From positions 384,001-448,000 of the forward strand of contig CAXWPL010000002.1 in assembly GCA_963666215.2 (NCBI GenBank): DNA of 64,000 bases, written 5' to 3'. The position numbers and the translations under genes were made by a program. Source of the stretch: Acidobacteriota bacterium. Lineage in GTDB: Bacteria > Acidobacteriota > UBA890 > WLXD01. The notes below the pieces were generated by a model, which worked only from the letters and a program-made list of their open reading frames with translations, searched no databases and was not told where the DNA came from. Of the stretch, positions 20,497 to 30,792 are shown piece by piece. Position 1 is the stretch's first letter. Every line of letters starts with the position of its first letter.

Positions 20497-21372
20497 CTAG
20501 CTGTCGTCGCACGCCGCCGGCTGGGCGACGTTGAGGCGGCCGAGCTCACGGCAGGCCAACCAGGCGGCGTCGCTCGAGGCGTCGACTCTGACGACGCGCA
20601 GGAGCCCCTCGATGCCGCCGGGGCGATCGCCGAGGTTGATCCGGATGACGGCATCTTTGAAGAGCGCGTCGGGCACCTTCTCGCTATCGGGGTAATCGAC
20701 TAGAAGTGAGCTGAAGGCCTGCAGCGCGGCCTGTGAGTTGCCCTGCGCGTCTTCGCACTCGCCAATCCAATACTGCGCGTCGTCGGCGCGATCGGAGCTG
20801 GAGTAGCGGTTGATGTACTCGCGGAAGCTGTTCACGCAGAGCTGGTAGTCCTCGCGCAAGTAGTCGTTGAAGGCGCTCATGTAGAGCGTCGAGGCGGCGT
20901 TCTCGTCCTGCGGCACCGACGGCCCGGGACTTGGGGCGGCGCTGCCACCCTGGCGCCTCGATGGCGGTAACGCCGTTCCGAGGTCCGGTCGACGTTGGCC
21001 TCCGCCGCCGCTGCTGGCGAGGCGTTCGCTGAGGTCGGCGATACGGTTTTCCAGCATCGCGATCTGTTCCTGCTGTACGGTGATGCGGCTTTGCAGCCCG
21101 CGGAAGTCCTCGCCGCGGTCGGCCTGCTGCGTTCGCAGAGGTTGCAGCGAATTGTCGAGCTCCTGCCGCGCGGCGACGAGCTGCGAGTTCATGCGCGCGA
21201 GCTCGGTCTGCGCATCGGCGTTCTGTGCTTCAAGCGTTGCCGTTCGCGCTTCGAGCGCCTGTACACGCTCGTCGAACGACGAGCAGCCAGCCATGCCCAG
21301 TACGAGCACAGGTACGAGAATCGAAAGAGTCGGGGCATTCGACGTTGCCGCCCCGTGTTGCCGCTTGATCAT
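20497..21372 (-). CDS. cpoB: Tol-Pal system lipoprotein CpoB/YbgF
   Basis: Lipobox MAGC, coiled coil, TPR (ADDAQYWIGE, YPDSEKVPDAL). Directly downstream of pal. Confidence 0.88.
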   Translation of the reverse strand: MIKRQHGAATSNAPTLSILVPVLVLGMAGCSSFDERVQALEARTATLEAQNADAQTELARMNSQLVAARQELDNSLQPLRTQQADRGEDFRGLQSRITVQQEQIAMLENRIADLSERLASSGGGGQRRPDLGTALPPSRRQGGSAAPSPGPSVPQDENAASTLYMSAFNDYLREDYQLCVNSFREYINRYSSSDRADDAQYWIGECEDAQGNSQAALQAFSSLLVDYPDSEKVPDALFKDAVIRINLGDRPGGIEGLLRVVRVDASSDAAWLACRELGRLNVAQPAACDDS

Positions 21373-21515
21373 GTGCCACCCCCACCTGTTGGCTGTCTGG
21401 TCGCCCGATGTCCCCGCCCAGGGGCCCCGACTACGTGCCCTGATACGCAAAGGGCGGCGACCGGTGTCGGCCGCCGCCCTTCAAACGTGAACTCGTCTCT
21501 TGCGCCGTGGGCGCG

Positions 21516-22097
21516 CTAGTTGTTCGACGTCACCGCTGTCGCCACGAACTCTCCGCGACGGTTCTGCGACCACACGCGCTCGTTGGCGCCCGGCGAGGCC
21601 GGACGTTCTTCGCCGTACGAAATGGTCGCGACGCGGGCGGCGGGGATGCCGAGCGAGACCAGGTAGTCGCGTACGGCATTTGCACGCCGGTCGCCGAGCG
21701 CGAGGTTGTACTCGCGCGTGCCACGCTCGTCACAATGACCGGCGATCTGGACGCGGACTCCCGCGTTGTCACGTAGCCAGGCCGCGTTGGCTTGCAGCGT
21801 TGGCCGCTGATCGGCGCGGATCTCGTCCTGGTCGTAGTCGAAGAACACCGACTTGAGGAACCCACCGGTGTTGATGATGTCGATCGTCAGCTCCGACTCG
21901 CCGGAGTCGATCGGTGTTTCCCACGCCGTGAGCTCAGGCGCCTCGGCCGGTGGTTGCTCGGGGGTCGCCGGCGCCATCACTGGTGCCGCCCCGGGCGTGG
22001 GCGCCGGCGGCTGCTGCTTCCTGCAGGCGGGGAGCACAACAACCAGGGCAGCCAGTGCCAACAGATTGCCTCGGGACAGTGGAGTGTTGAATCTCAT
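21516..22097 (-). CDS. pal: Peptidoglycan-associated lipoprotein
   Basis: Lipobox LPAC, GHCDERGTREYNLALGDRRA, SYGEERP, NRR. Confidence 0.96.
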   Translation of the reverse strand: MRFNTPLSRGNLLALAALVVVLPACRKQQPPAPTPGAAPVMAPATPEQPPAEAPELTAWETPIDSGESELTIDIINTGGFLKSVFFDYDQDEIRADQRPTLQANAAWLRDNAGVRVQIAGHCDERGTREYNLALGDRRANAVRDYLVSLGIPAARVATISYGEERPASPGANERVWSQNRRGEFVATAVTSNN

Positions 22098-22130
22098 AGA
22101 GCATCTCCTCGGTGGGTTCCGATAGCCGGG

Positions 22131-23495
22131 TCAGGGGCGGATGCCCCAGCTCGGAGTTTCGTTGTTGCCTATACTCGTTAGCACACGTTGCCGGGTGCCA
22201 TCAAGGCCCATGGCCCAGATTTGGGTTCTCTCGCCGCGTTTCCACTCGAACACGAGCTGACGACCGTCGGGTGACCAGGCGGGTCCTTCTTTCTTCCCAG
22301 AGCCGCGGGTGATCTGAGATGTGCTGTTGGTCCGGAGATCGTACAGGAAAATATCGAAATTCCCACCGCCTGTCGAGGCGGTGTACGAAATGTAGTTTCC
22401 CTCCACTGGTTGCCACACCGGATCGGCCTTCTGTCCGCCGGGCACGCTGAGGCGTCGGACGTTGAGTCCGGTGGCATCCATGACGTAGAGCTGCTGCGAC
22501 CCTGCTCGATCGCTCATGAACACAATTTGGCGGCTGTTGGGCGACCAATCCGGCGACATGTCACCGGCAGAATTGTTGGTGATGCGCGTCTGTTCTGACC
22601 CGTCGGGACGCACCAGGTAGACGTCGGCGTTGCCGGCGCAACTCGATGCGTAGGCGATCTGCGTGCCATCGGGCGAGAACGCGGGGCCGGTCGTCGTGCC
22701 GTTGCAGCCCACAACCTGGCGCGGTTGTCCACCGCTCTGGAACACCAGGAAGAGCTCGGTCCGAGGGAAACCGTCGCGGCGGCGGTAGGTCTGATACACA
22801 AGGCGGTCGCCCTGCGGCGAGAAGCTCGGCGATAGCGCCAGCGACCTGTCTCCTGTAATGCGGCCCTGGTGCTCGCCGTCGGACTCCATGATAAAGAGCT
22901 CCTTCTCGGGGAAGGCCGACTCGCGGTCCGACACGAAGGCGATGAGCGTGTCGGCTGCCCCGCGCGTACCGGTGTAGTGAAGCACCGCTTCGTCGTTGAA
23001 CTTATGGGCGATCCGTCGCGCGCTTTCCAGCGGTTGGCGGTAACGCCTACCCGTGACCTGCCGGCCGTTCTCCACAGCGAAGAGTCGGAAGTCAGCGATC
23101 AGCGCGTCGGCGTCGCGCCGCACGACGCCGCTGATCACGACGTCTGTCGGCGTTTGTTGCCAGGCCTCCCACGGGATCTCGCCGTTGGGGCGCAGCGGCG
23201 GATAGCTCGAGGAATCCGCGACGTCGAACACCATCGAGTTCCGCAGGTCCTCGAGGAGCACGTCATAGAGCATGCGCGCCTCGGCCGACGCGTCGCCTTC
23301 GACGTCGAGCGGCAGAACGGCGATTGGGATCAGACTGCGATCGGTGCGTGAGAGCTCGACGCCCACCTCCTGGTCCTGCTGGAGGGCGCCGCCGGTCGAT
23401 GCCGGCGCCCCGGCGGCAGCCATCAATGCCGCGCTCGCCACGATCGCGCTCGTTGTCAGCCGTGCCGATGTGCGCAGCCGCCGCGACGCTCTCAA
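22131..23495 (-). CDS. tolB: Tol-Pal beta-propeller protein (start uncertain)
   Basis: IPIAV N-domain, RRIAH, repeated PxWSPDG (PD40) motifs. Confidence 0.9.
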   Translation of the reverse strand: MRASRRLRTSARLTTSAIVASAALMAAAGAPASTGGALQQDQEVGVELSRTDRSLIPIAVLPLDVEGDASAEARMLYDVLLEDLRNSMVFDVADSSSYPPLRPNGEIPWEAWQQTPTDVVISGVVRRDADALIADFRLFAVENGRQVTGRRYRQPLESARRIAHKFNDEAVLHYTGTRGAADTLIAFVSDRESAFPEKELFIMESDGEHQGRITGDRSLALSPSFSPQGDRLVYQTYRRRDGFPRTELFLVFQSGGQPRQVVGCNGTTTGPAFSPDGTQIAYASSCAGNADVYLVRPDGSEQTRITNNSAGDMSPDWSPNSRQIVFMSDRAGSQQLYVMDATGLNVRRLSVPGGQKADPVWQPVEGNYISYTASTGGGNFDIFLYDLRTNSTSQITRGSGKKEGPAWSPDGRQLVFEWKRGERTQIWAMGLDGTRQRVLTSIGNNETPSWGIRP

Positions 23496-23544
23496 GGCCT
23501 TCGCTTGTCTAGCTACTGTCGACGACCCCGAGGGGGGCGCGGGC

Positions 23545-24459
23545 TCACTCCTGACGGAACGCAAAGCGGACTCCCAGCGATTGGCCGCGGTACTCCGCGG
23601 GTAGGGGTGGAAATGGAGCTGCCGCCAACACGGCGCGCAACGCCGCCTGATCGAAGACGTTGTCGCGCGATCCCTGGACCACCTGCGGCCGCACCGCGAG
23701 TTGTCCGGAGCGGCCGATGCGGAAGAACACCGCTGCTTCGCGCTTGCCGATGGTTGCTTCCCAGCGCAGCCCGACCATGTCGCGAATCCGATGGACGTAG
23801 TCGCTGAAGGGGAAGTCCTCAACGGTGAAGCCCGACTGGTTGGCCTCGGTACCCGTGAAATCGATGCCGCTGCGACGGGCTGTTTGCCTCTCCGGAGTCG
23901 GGTCCGGCGTCTTGCGGCGGCTGGCGACCTGAGGTGCTTGGCGCTCCTCTTCCTCGCGCCGCTGACGTTCTTCTTCTTCTCGGCGCTGGCGGGCTTCCTC
24001 CTCGCGTCGCCTGCGCTCAGCTTCGTCGCGGCGGCGTTTTTCGGCTTCCTCCGCGCGGACGCGCTCCGCTTCCAACTCGCGCTCGCGCTCGCGTTGCTGT
24101 TCGAGGCGAACCTCCTCGATACTGCGCGAGATCGGCTCGGGTTCAGTCTCGACGCTCTGCGCCGGCTCTGGTTCTGGGAGAGGGTCCTCCGCCGGCGGGT
24201 CGGCTTCGGGCTGGGGCACGGGCGGCTGTGGCCGCAGCGGCAAGGGCTCGGGTGCTCTCGACTCCGCCGACAGCAGCTGCACCTGCATGATCTGCGGGAC
24301 AACGATGTCGGTAGGTAGGAGCGCCGGGCCCAGCACCACAAGAACCAGCACACTCGCGTGGAATACACACGAGAGGATCAGCGACGATCGAAGGCGCTGA
24401 TCGTCGGCTTCGGCGACGGCGGCCTGGCGAGAGGCGACGGTGGGGCGCAAACGTGGCAT
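23545..24459 (-). CDS. tolA: TolA/TonB-like energy transducer
   Basis: TM with SxxxH, Pro-rich and charged helical region, C-terminal FDQAALRAV..PFPPLP. Lies between tolR and tolB. Confidence 0.8.
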   Translation of the reverse strand: MPRLRPTVASRQAAVAEADDQRLRSSLILSCVFHASVLVLVVLGPALLPTDIVVPQIMQVQLLSAESRAPEPLPLRPQPPVPQPEADPPAEDPLPEPEPAQSVETEPEPISRSIEEVRLEQQRERERELEAERVRAEEAEKRRRDEAERRRREEEARQRREEEERQRREEEERQAPQVASRRKTPDPTPERQTARRSGIDFTGTEANQSGFTVEDFPFSDYVHRIRDMVGLRWEATIGKREAAVFFRIGRSGQLAVRPQVVQGSRDNVFDQAALRAVLAAAPFPPLPAEYRGQSLGVRFAFRQE

Positions 24460-24558
24460 CGAACTAACCTAGCAGCCCGCCGGTACCGATATACAGTTCG
24501 GCGGGCTCACATAGCCCATGCGCGCGGCGTCGCTCACCTCCAACGGACCGCGGGGTCA

Positions 24559-24975
24559 TCAGCGCCTCAGCTGCTCGAGACTCGGATCGATCACCAGCCC
24601 AACCGAGCCACCGAGGTTGCGAATGACCGCCATCACCTGCATCACGGTCTGATAGTCAACGGCACCGTCGCCGCGGAACTGCACGCTGCGCCCGGGCGTG
24701 ATGAGCGGCGAAAGTCGGGCTTCGAGCTCGGCATAGGTGACCGGCTCGTTGTTGATGCGGATCTCGCGGTCCGATTGCACAGATACGGTCAGCGATGACT
24801 CGGGCAGCATGTCCATCTGCTGCGTCTGAGGCAGCCGCACGTCGGCGCCTTGAACCATCATCGGCGCGGTGATCATGAAGATGATCAAGAGTACGAGCGC
24901 AACGTCGACGAGTGGTGTGATGTTGATATCCGAGAGGATGCGATCCTCCGATTCGAACCAGCCACTTCCGTTCAT
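24559..24975 (-). CDS. tolR: TolR/ExbD
   Basis: INITPLVDVALVLLIIFMITAP. Confidence 0.9.
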   Translation of the reverse strand: MNGSGWFESEDRILSDINITPLVDVALVLLIIFMITAPMMVQGADVRLPQTQQMDMLPESSLTVSVQSDREIRINNEPVTYAELEARLSPLITPGRSVQFRGDGAVDYQTVMQVMAVIRNLGGSVGLVIDPSLEQLRR

Positions 24976-25051
24976 TGTCGTGCTCTGCTCCGGTTCATCG
25001 TGATCCGCGGGCGCTCTTCGAGGGTTTCCCGGTTCCCTTCCGTGCTCGGCC

Positions 25052-25741
25052 TCAGGACTCGGTCGGCCATGTTTTTTGCACGACGTTGAGGAACTCGAGA
25101 CCGAAGTCTTCCATGTCGCCCGTGAGCCGCCGAATCCGGCCATTCAGATGGTTGTAGGCGACCACTGCGGGGATCGCCGCAATCAGCCCGGCGGCGGTGG
25201 TGATGAGCGCCGCGCTGATGCCCGGGGCGACGGTTGTCAGGTTGGCGTTGCCGAACGCCGCGATGCTCTGGAACGAGGTCATGATGCCCCACACCGTGCC
25301 GAACAGCCCAATGAACGGAGTGACTGCGCCGGTTGTCGCAAGAAACAGCATGAGGCGCTCGAGCCGGCGGCGTTCGCGGTGCGCGGTGCGTTGCAGCGAG
25401 CGCTCGAGCGTGGGCAGGTGGATCCGCGTGCGCATCGGCGCATCGCGTGTGGCCTTGCTGGCGTGCTCGAGCTGCCCTGAGATCTCGTTGAACCCGGACA
25501 GAAAGATCGGGCTGAGCGGCGTGTGTCGTAGCTGGTCGCAGGCGCCGCGCACCTGCGAGAACTTGCTACTGTTGCGGAACGACTCGAGGAACTTCACGCC
25601 CTCGCGATTGGCCTTGCGGAAGGCCAGAACGCGGTCGACGATCACAGCCCACGAAAAGACCGAGAAGAGGGCCAGCACAACGAGGACGCCAATGGCCAGC
25701 GGCCCGAGGGTGCCAACCAGGCTCAGCACGCTATCCGACAT
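25052..25741 (-). CDS. tolQ: TolQ/ExbB proton channel
   Basis: PFIGLFGTVWGIM, VAPGI..ALITTAAGL..AIPAV. Confidence 0.92.
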   Translation of the reverse strand: MSDSVLSLVGTLGPLAIGVLVVLALFSVFSWAVIVDRVLAFRKANREGVKFLESFRNSSKFSQVRGACDQLRHTPLSPIFLSGFNEISGQLEHASKATRDAPMRTRIHLPTLERSLQRTAHRERRRLERLMLFLATTGAVTPFIGLFGTVWGIMTSFQSIAAFGNANLTTVAPGISAALITTAAGLIAAIPAVVAYNHLNGRIRRLTGDMEDFGLEFLNVVQKTWPTES

Positions 25742-26041
25742 GAGACCAGGCTGGTTGAGCACGCCGCACACCCCGAAAGCTGTCGGAACCGGAGGAGGGT
25801 TCCGTGCGCGTCCGAACGAGAATCCACCCGGGCTCAGCTCGAACGCGATAAAAGTACCACGGGCTCATATGGCTGTATATGTGCAGCTTGGTCCCCTGGC
25901 GTGCACAACCGGGTGGACGTGTGCAGCTGAGATCAGGCTGGAGCCTGCGACGGCGAAAGCCTTCGCCCGTGGCCATCTCACATGGACAACGGCGATCTCG
26001 ATCGACATGACCCGCGATCAGCTCTCGAGTTCTAGTCGAAC

Positions 26042-27895
26042 ATGCTGACCTACCTACGTATTCGCGATTTGGCGCTCATCGACGACCTGACACTCGAGTG
26101 GGGGCCCGGTCTGACAGTGCTCACCGGCGAGACCGGGGCCGGCAAGTCGATCCTGCTCGACGCCCTGGCGCTCGCAGCAGGTCAGCGGGCAGCTCTCGAG
26201 AAGGTCCGCGCTGGCGCCGACGAGGCCGTTGTCGAAGCGGCGTTCGAGCTCCCTCCCCACAGCGCCACGCTGGCCGCGCTGGCGGCTCCGGCAGACGATT
26301 CGGATTCGAGAGCCGCGTCGAGATCGGCTGGCGACCGGCCGCCGGCCGACGCGACGGGGGGAGACGAAGAAGAAGGCACGCTCGTCGTTCGCCGGGTTAT
26401 TGGCCTCGGTTCGAGAGGCGCGCGGGCCTTCGTTAACGATCGGCTGACAACGGTCTCGCGCCTTCGAGAGATCGGCCGACAGCTGGTCGACTTCGCCGGC
26501 CAGCACGAGAGTCAACGCCTGTTGCGGCCAGCGGCTCAGAGGACGCTGCTCGATCGATTCGCGTCGCTGCTCGAATTGGTCGACGACGTGGCCGATGCTT
26601 TCAACGCCGTCAGTGGGGCGCAGGCGAGGCTGGACCGGCTGCAGCTCGACGACAGGGAACGGGCCCAGCGTGCCGACTACTTGCGATTCAGGATCGGCGA
26701 GATCGTCGCGGCCGAATTGCGGCCCGGTGAGTACGAGGAGCTTGCCGCCGACCGGCGCCGGTTGCGGCACGCCGACGAACTTCGCGAGCTGTCCGGAGAG
26801 GCGTTGAGTGTGCTTTACGAGCAGGAGGGAGCCGCCGTCGAGTTACTAGGAAGGGCGCAGGCTTTGCTGGAGAGGCTCGAGACTTTGGATCCAGAGGCCG
26901 TGATCGGAGACGGTGGTCCCTCGGGGGCGCTCGCAGCTCTCGCCGAGAGTCGGATCGCCGTCGAAGAGTTGTCGCGCGGGTTGCAGGCATACGCCGCCAG
27001 GGTGAGCGCCGAACCGGCACGCCTCGAAGAGATCGAGCAGCGACTGATGGTGATCGAAGGGCTGCGCCGCAAGTACGCCGATGGGGTGGACGAGATCCTT
27101 GTGCTGCTGACCGAGTCAAAGGCGGAGCTGGCGGGGCTCGATAACCGCGACGAGGAAATCGAGCGGACTCGAACGGAGCTCGTCGTTGCGATCGAGCGCT
27201 ACGACCGGCTCGCGCGAGAGCTGAGCGCGGCGCGCCGCGCTGGTGCCGCGGAGCTGGCGCCGCGCATCACCGCCGAGCTGCAGGAGCTCGGCATGGCGGG
27301 CGCCGCGCTGCACGTGGAGGTGTCGGCGGGCGCGAAGCGCGAGGATCGGTCGACTGACGAAGCTGAATCAGCTGGCTCGAGCCAGTCGGGCGGCCTGGGA
27401 CAGACGGCTGCGGCTCCGGTCCCCGGAGCTCGGCGCAGCGGCTACGACACCGTTGAGCTCCTGCTCGCTGCCAATCCCGGCGAGCCGCCACGGCCGCTGA
27501 CACGCGTGGCTTCGGGCGGAGAGCTGTCGCGGGTGTTGCTGGCGCTGAAACTGGCGGTTGCGCACAACGACGCCGCTGCGGCTTCGACGCTCGTTTTCGA
27601 CGAGATCGATGCGGGCATTGGAGGTGGTGGGGTTGCAGAGTGCCTGGCGGCCCGGCTCGCCGAATTGGCAACCAGCCGTCAGGTGCTGTTGGTGACCCAT
27701 CTGCCGCAAATCGCCGCGGCAGGCGCACGTCACCTGCGCGTTACGAAGGGTGAGAAGGACGGTAGAACAGCCGTGCAGATCGAGTCGCTCGAAGGTGCGG
27801 CACGCGTCGAGGAGCTGGCGCGTATGCTCGGCGGCGTGCAGGGTACCGACAGCGTGCGGCAGCATGCTCGTGACCTGCTTGGCCGCCGAGAGTAG
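26042..27895 (+). CDS. recN: DNA repair protein RecN
   Basis: TGETGAGKS, ASGGELSR, FDEIDAG, VTHLPQ, ELARML. Confidence 0.95.
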   Translation: MLTYLRIRDLALIDDLTLEWGPGLTVLTGETGAGKSILLDALALAAGQRAALEKVRAGADEAVVEAAFELPPHSATLAALAAPADDSDSRAASRSAGDRPPADATGGDEEEGTLVVRRVIGLGSRGARAFVNDRLTTVSRLREIGRQLVDFAGQHESQRLLRPAAQRTLLDRFASLLELVDDVADAFNAVSGAQARLDRLQLDDRERAQRADYLRFRIGEIVAAELRPGEYEELAADRRRLRHADELRELSGEALSVLYEQEGAAVELLGRAQALLERLETLDPEAVIGDGGPSGALAALAESRIAVEELSRGLQAYAARVSAEPARLEEIEQRLMVIEGLRRKYADGVDEILVLLTESKAELAGLDNRDEEIERTRTELVVAIERYDRLARELSAARRAGAAELAPRITAELQELGMAGAALHVEVSAGAKREDRSTDEAESAGSSQSGGLGQTAAAPVPGARRSGYDTVELLLAANPGEPPRPLTRVASGGELSRVLLALKLAVAHNDAAAASTLVFDEIDAGIGGGGVAECLAARLAELATSRQVLLVTHLPQIAAAGARHLRVTKGEKDGRTAVQIESLEGAARVEELARMLGGVQGTDSVRQHARDLLGRRE

Positions 27896-28034
27896 TCGAT
27901 CCACTTTTCGAGCGGGCAGGGCGTGCGCGAGGTCAGAAATTCGACCACCCAAAGGTCATCCTGCAGTCAAGATCGAGATCGTCCGTCATGGAACAGTGGC
28001 GGTGTGATTCATTCAAGCTCGCAAGAGGAAAGCG

Positions 28035-28931
28035 ATGCAGCAGCTCAATCGAATCGGAGTGGTCGGAGGAAGCGGCCTTTACGAGATCGAGGGCCTCACC
28101 AGCATCGAGGAGGTCAGGGTAAGCACGCCGTTCGGCGAGCCTTCCGACGCCTACATCCTCGGCGAGCTCGACGGCAGGCCGGTAGCTTTTCTGTCGCGTC
28201 ACGGCCGCGGCCATCGCTTCAACCCGTCCGAAGTGCCGTACCGGGCCAACATCCACGGGTTCAGGAGTCTCGGTGTCTCGAATGTGCTCTCCGTGAGTGC
28301 CGTCGGCAGCCTACGTGAGGACATGCAGCCCGAGCATTTCGTGGTGCCCGATCAGTTCGTTGACCGCACACGAGGTCGCGACGCGACGTTCTTCGAGAAC
28401 GGCGTCGTAGCACACGTCACGTTCGCCGATCCTGTTTGTCCCGAGCTCTCGCGTGTGCTCGTGGCGGCCACCGAACAGGCAGGCTGCACCGTCCACTCTG
28501 GTGGCACCTATGTCTGTATCGAGGGCCCGCAGTTTTCGACCCGCGCCGAGAGCAACCTGTACCGCTCCTGGGGCATGGACATCGTTGGCATGACCAATCT
28601 CACCGAGGCCAAGCTGGCGCGTGAGGCCGAGATCGGGTACGCCACTCTGGCGATGGTGTGCGACTACGACTGCTGGCATGAGGGGCACGAAGACGTCACC
28701 GCCGAGATTGTGATCGACGTCCTGATTCGCAGCGTAGCCAACGCCAAGCGCATCGTGCGCGGGGCGGTCGCCATGATTCCACCTGCCGCGGTCTCCAGCT
28801 GCGTCGACGCGCTGCGCAACTCGGTGTTGACGAGTCCCGAATGCCGGCCAGCCGAGACCGAACAGCGGCTCTCGCTGCTGCTCGACAAGTACCGCGTGGC
28901 CGGCGGCCACGCCGATCGTGAGGCCGGTTGA
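28035..28931 (+). CDS. mtnP: S-methyl-5'-thioadenosine phosphorylase
   Basis: GGSGLY, TPFGEPS, RHG, EGPQFSTRAES, GMT, DYDCW. Confidence 0.93.
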   Translation: MQQLNRIGVVGGSGLYEIEGLTSIEEVRVSTPFGEPSDAYILGELDGRPVAFLSRHGRGHRFNPSEVPYRANIHGFRSLGVSNVLSVSAVGSLREDMQPEHFVVPDQFVDRTRGRDATFFENGVVAHVTFADPVCPELSRVLVAATEQAGCTVHSGGTYVCIEGPQFSTRAESNLYRSWGMDIVGMTNLTEAKLAREAEIGYATLAMVCDYDCWHEGHEDVTAEIVIDVLIRSVANAKRIVRGAVAMIPPAAVSSCVDALRNSVLTSPECRPAETEQRLSLLLDKYRVAGGHADREAG

Positions 28932-29842
28932 TGAGCATTGTGGTTGTGGGTTCCGTGGCCTTTGACACCGTTGTGACGCCATTCGGGCGGGTCGATGACG
29001 CACTTGGTGGAGCGGCCACGTTCTTCTCGGTGGCGGCCTCGTACTTCAGCCCAGTCAAGGTGGTAGCCGTGGTGGGCGACGATTTCGGTGCCGAGGAAGA
29101 AGAGGTCTTCTCGCGCCACAGCATCGACACCGCTGGCATCGAGCGTGCCGAGGGTCGGACGTTTCGCTGGGGAGGGGAGTATTCGCGAAATCTCAACGAG
29201 CGGCAGACGTTGTTTACAGAGCTCAATGTCTTCGAAGGCTTCGCGCCACAACTTCCCGAGGCCTACCGCAGCGCCCCCTACGTTTTTCTGGCCAACATCG
29301 CTCCGGCGCTCCAGCTCTCGGTGCTCGAGCAGGTCGAGGCTCCGCGGCTGGTGGCACTCGACACGATGAACTACTGGATCGAGAGCGACCTCGACGGGTT
29401 GCGCCGAGTGCTCGGCCGCATCGGCGTGTTGATCATCAACGACGAGGAGGCACGTCAGCTTTCCGGTTGCTTCAATTTGGTCGAGGCCGGGATGACGATT
29501 CTCGAGCTTGGGCCCTCCGCCCTGGTCATCAAGCGCGGCGAGCACGGAGCGCTTGCCTTCCTACAAGGCGGCGAGCGCTTCGCGTTGCCCGCCTTGCCTC
29601 TGCGCGAGCTCGCCGACCCGACGGGCGCTGGCGACACCTTCGCCGGCGGGTTCATGGGTTACCTGGCGCAATCACAAGACCATGGCCCCGACGTCATGCG
29701 CCGGGCGATCGTAGCTGGCAGCGCTATGGCCTCGTTCGCGGTGGAACGCTTCAGCCTCGACGGAATCGTCGGACTCGACCAGGCCGCGATCGCGGAGCGC
29801 TACCGCATCTTCCAGCGACTGACCCGGTTCGGTGATGCCTAG
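28931..29842 (+). CDS. PfkB family carbohydrate kinase
   Basis: GSVAFD, LGGAATF, DPTGAGDTFAGG. Confidence 0.9.
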   Translation: MSIVVVGSVAFDTVVTPFGRVDDALGGAATFFSVAASYFSPVKVVAVVGDDFGAEEEEVFSRHSIDTAGIERAEGRTFRWGGEYSRNLNERQTLFTELNVFEGFAPQLPEAYRSAPYVFLANIAPALQLSVLEQVEAPRLVALDTMNYWIESDLDGLRRVLGRIGVLIINDEEARQLSGCFNLVEAGMTILELGPSALVIKRGEHGALAFLQGGERFALPALPLRELADPTGAGDTFAGGFMGYLAQSQDHGPDVMRRAIVAGSAMASFAVERFSLDGIVGLDQAAIAERYRIFQRLTRFGDA

Positions 29843-29928
29843 CACGACGTGGCCGAATCCGGCCCGCCTTCTGACCGGTCGGCTGCGCTACAACGTGCCG
29901 CTGCTCGACGGCACCGAGGAGCAGTTTG

Positions 29929-30792
29929 ATGGCTGATCCCGCGTCCTTGCAGCCCGCACTGCTTGCCATCGACGTGGGAAACACACAAACTCAGGTCGGG
30001 GTTTTCTCATCCGCCGGCGAGCTGCTGGCCGAGTGGCGGCTGTCGACCGCGCGGAACCGCACCGTCGACGAGCTCGGACTGCTGATCCGGTCGCTTTTCG
30101 ATGCTCGTTGCCTGTCCACCGAATCCTTGCGTGGGTTCGTCTGTGCCAGTGTCGTGCCGCCGCTGACTGGTGTGCTCGAGGGTGTTGCCTCCGAGTACTT
30201 CGGCCTTCGAGCCACCGTCGTGACCGCAGCCTTGGTCTCCGACCTTCCGGTGCTCTACGAGCCGCCCACGGACGTCGGCGCCGATCGGCTGGTGAATGCC
30301 GTAGCGGCGCGTGAGCTGTATGGGGTGCCGGCTGTTGTCGTCGACTTCGGCACCGCGACCACTTTCGACGTCATCGATGCGAAGGGCGCCTATCTGGGTG
30401 GCGTAATCGCCACAGGGATTGGCGTGTCGGCCGACGCTCTGTTCGCCCACGCCGCGCGCCTGCCGAGGGTTGACGTTGCGCGACCCGAGTCTGTGATCGG
30501 ACGCTCGACCGTTGCCAGCCTGCAGGCCGGCCTCTTCTTCGGCTACGTCGAGCTTGTCGACGGCCTGTTGCAGCGGATTCGCGCCGAGCTTGCCGAGGGT
30601 TTGGGCGACAGCGCCGGGAGCGAGCTGGAGCCGAAGGTGATCGCCACCGGCGGCTGGGCGCAGCGTATCGGCTCCGAGTGCCGCGGCATCGAGATTGTCG
30701 ACGCGCTGCTCACGTTGCAGGGCCTGCGGATTATCTACGAACGTCACGGAGACCGAGCGGGTGGCGCCGATCCCGCGTCAGAGTCGACATGA
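29929..30792 (+). CDS. coaX: Type III pantothenate kinase
   Basis: IDVGNT, SVVP, GADR, VDFGTATTFD, ATGG. Confidence 0.95.
   Translation: MADPASLQPALLAIDVGNTQTQVGVFSSAGELLAEWRLSTARNRTVDELGLLIRSLFDARCLSTESLRGFVCASVVPPLTGVLEGVASEYFGLRATVVTAALVSDLPVLYEPPTDVGADRLVNAVAARELYGVPAVVVDFGTATTFDVIDAKGAYLGGVIATGIGVSADALFAHAARLPRVDVARPESVIGRSTVASLQAGLFFGYVELVDGLLQRIRAELAEGLGDSAGSELEPKVIATGGWAQRIGSECRGIEIVDALLTLQGLRIIYERHGDRAGGADPASEST

Noticed and set aside
23496-24368. Long N-terminal extension of TolB (745-aa ORF)
   Set aside because: Alternative frame of tolA with no TolB similarity.
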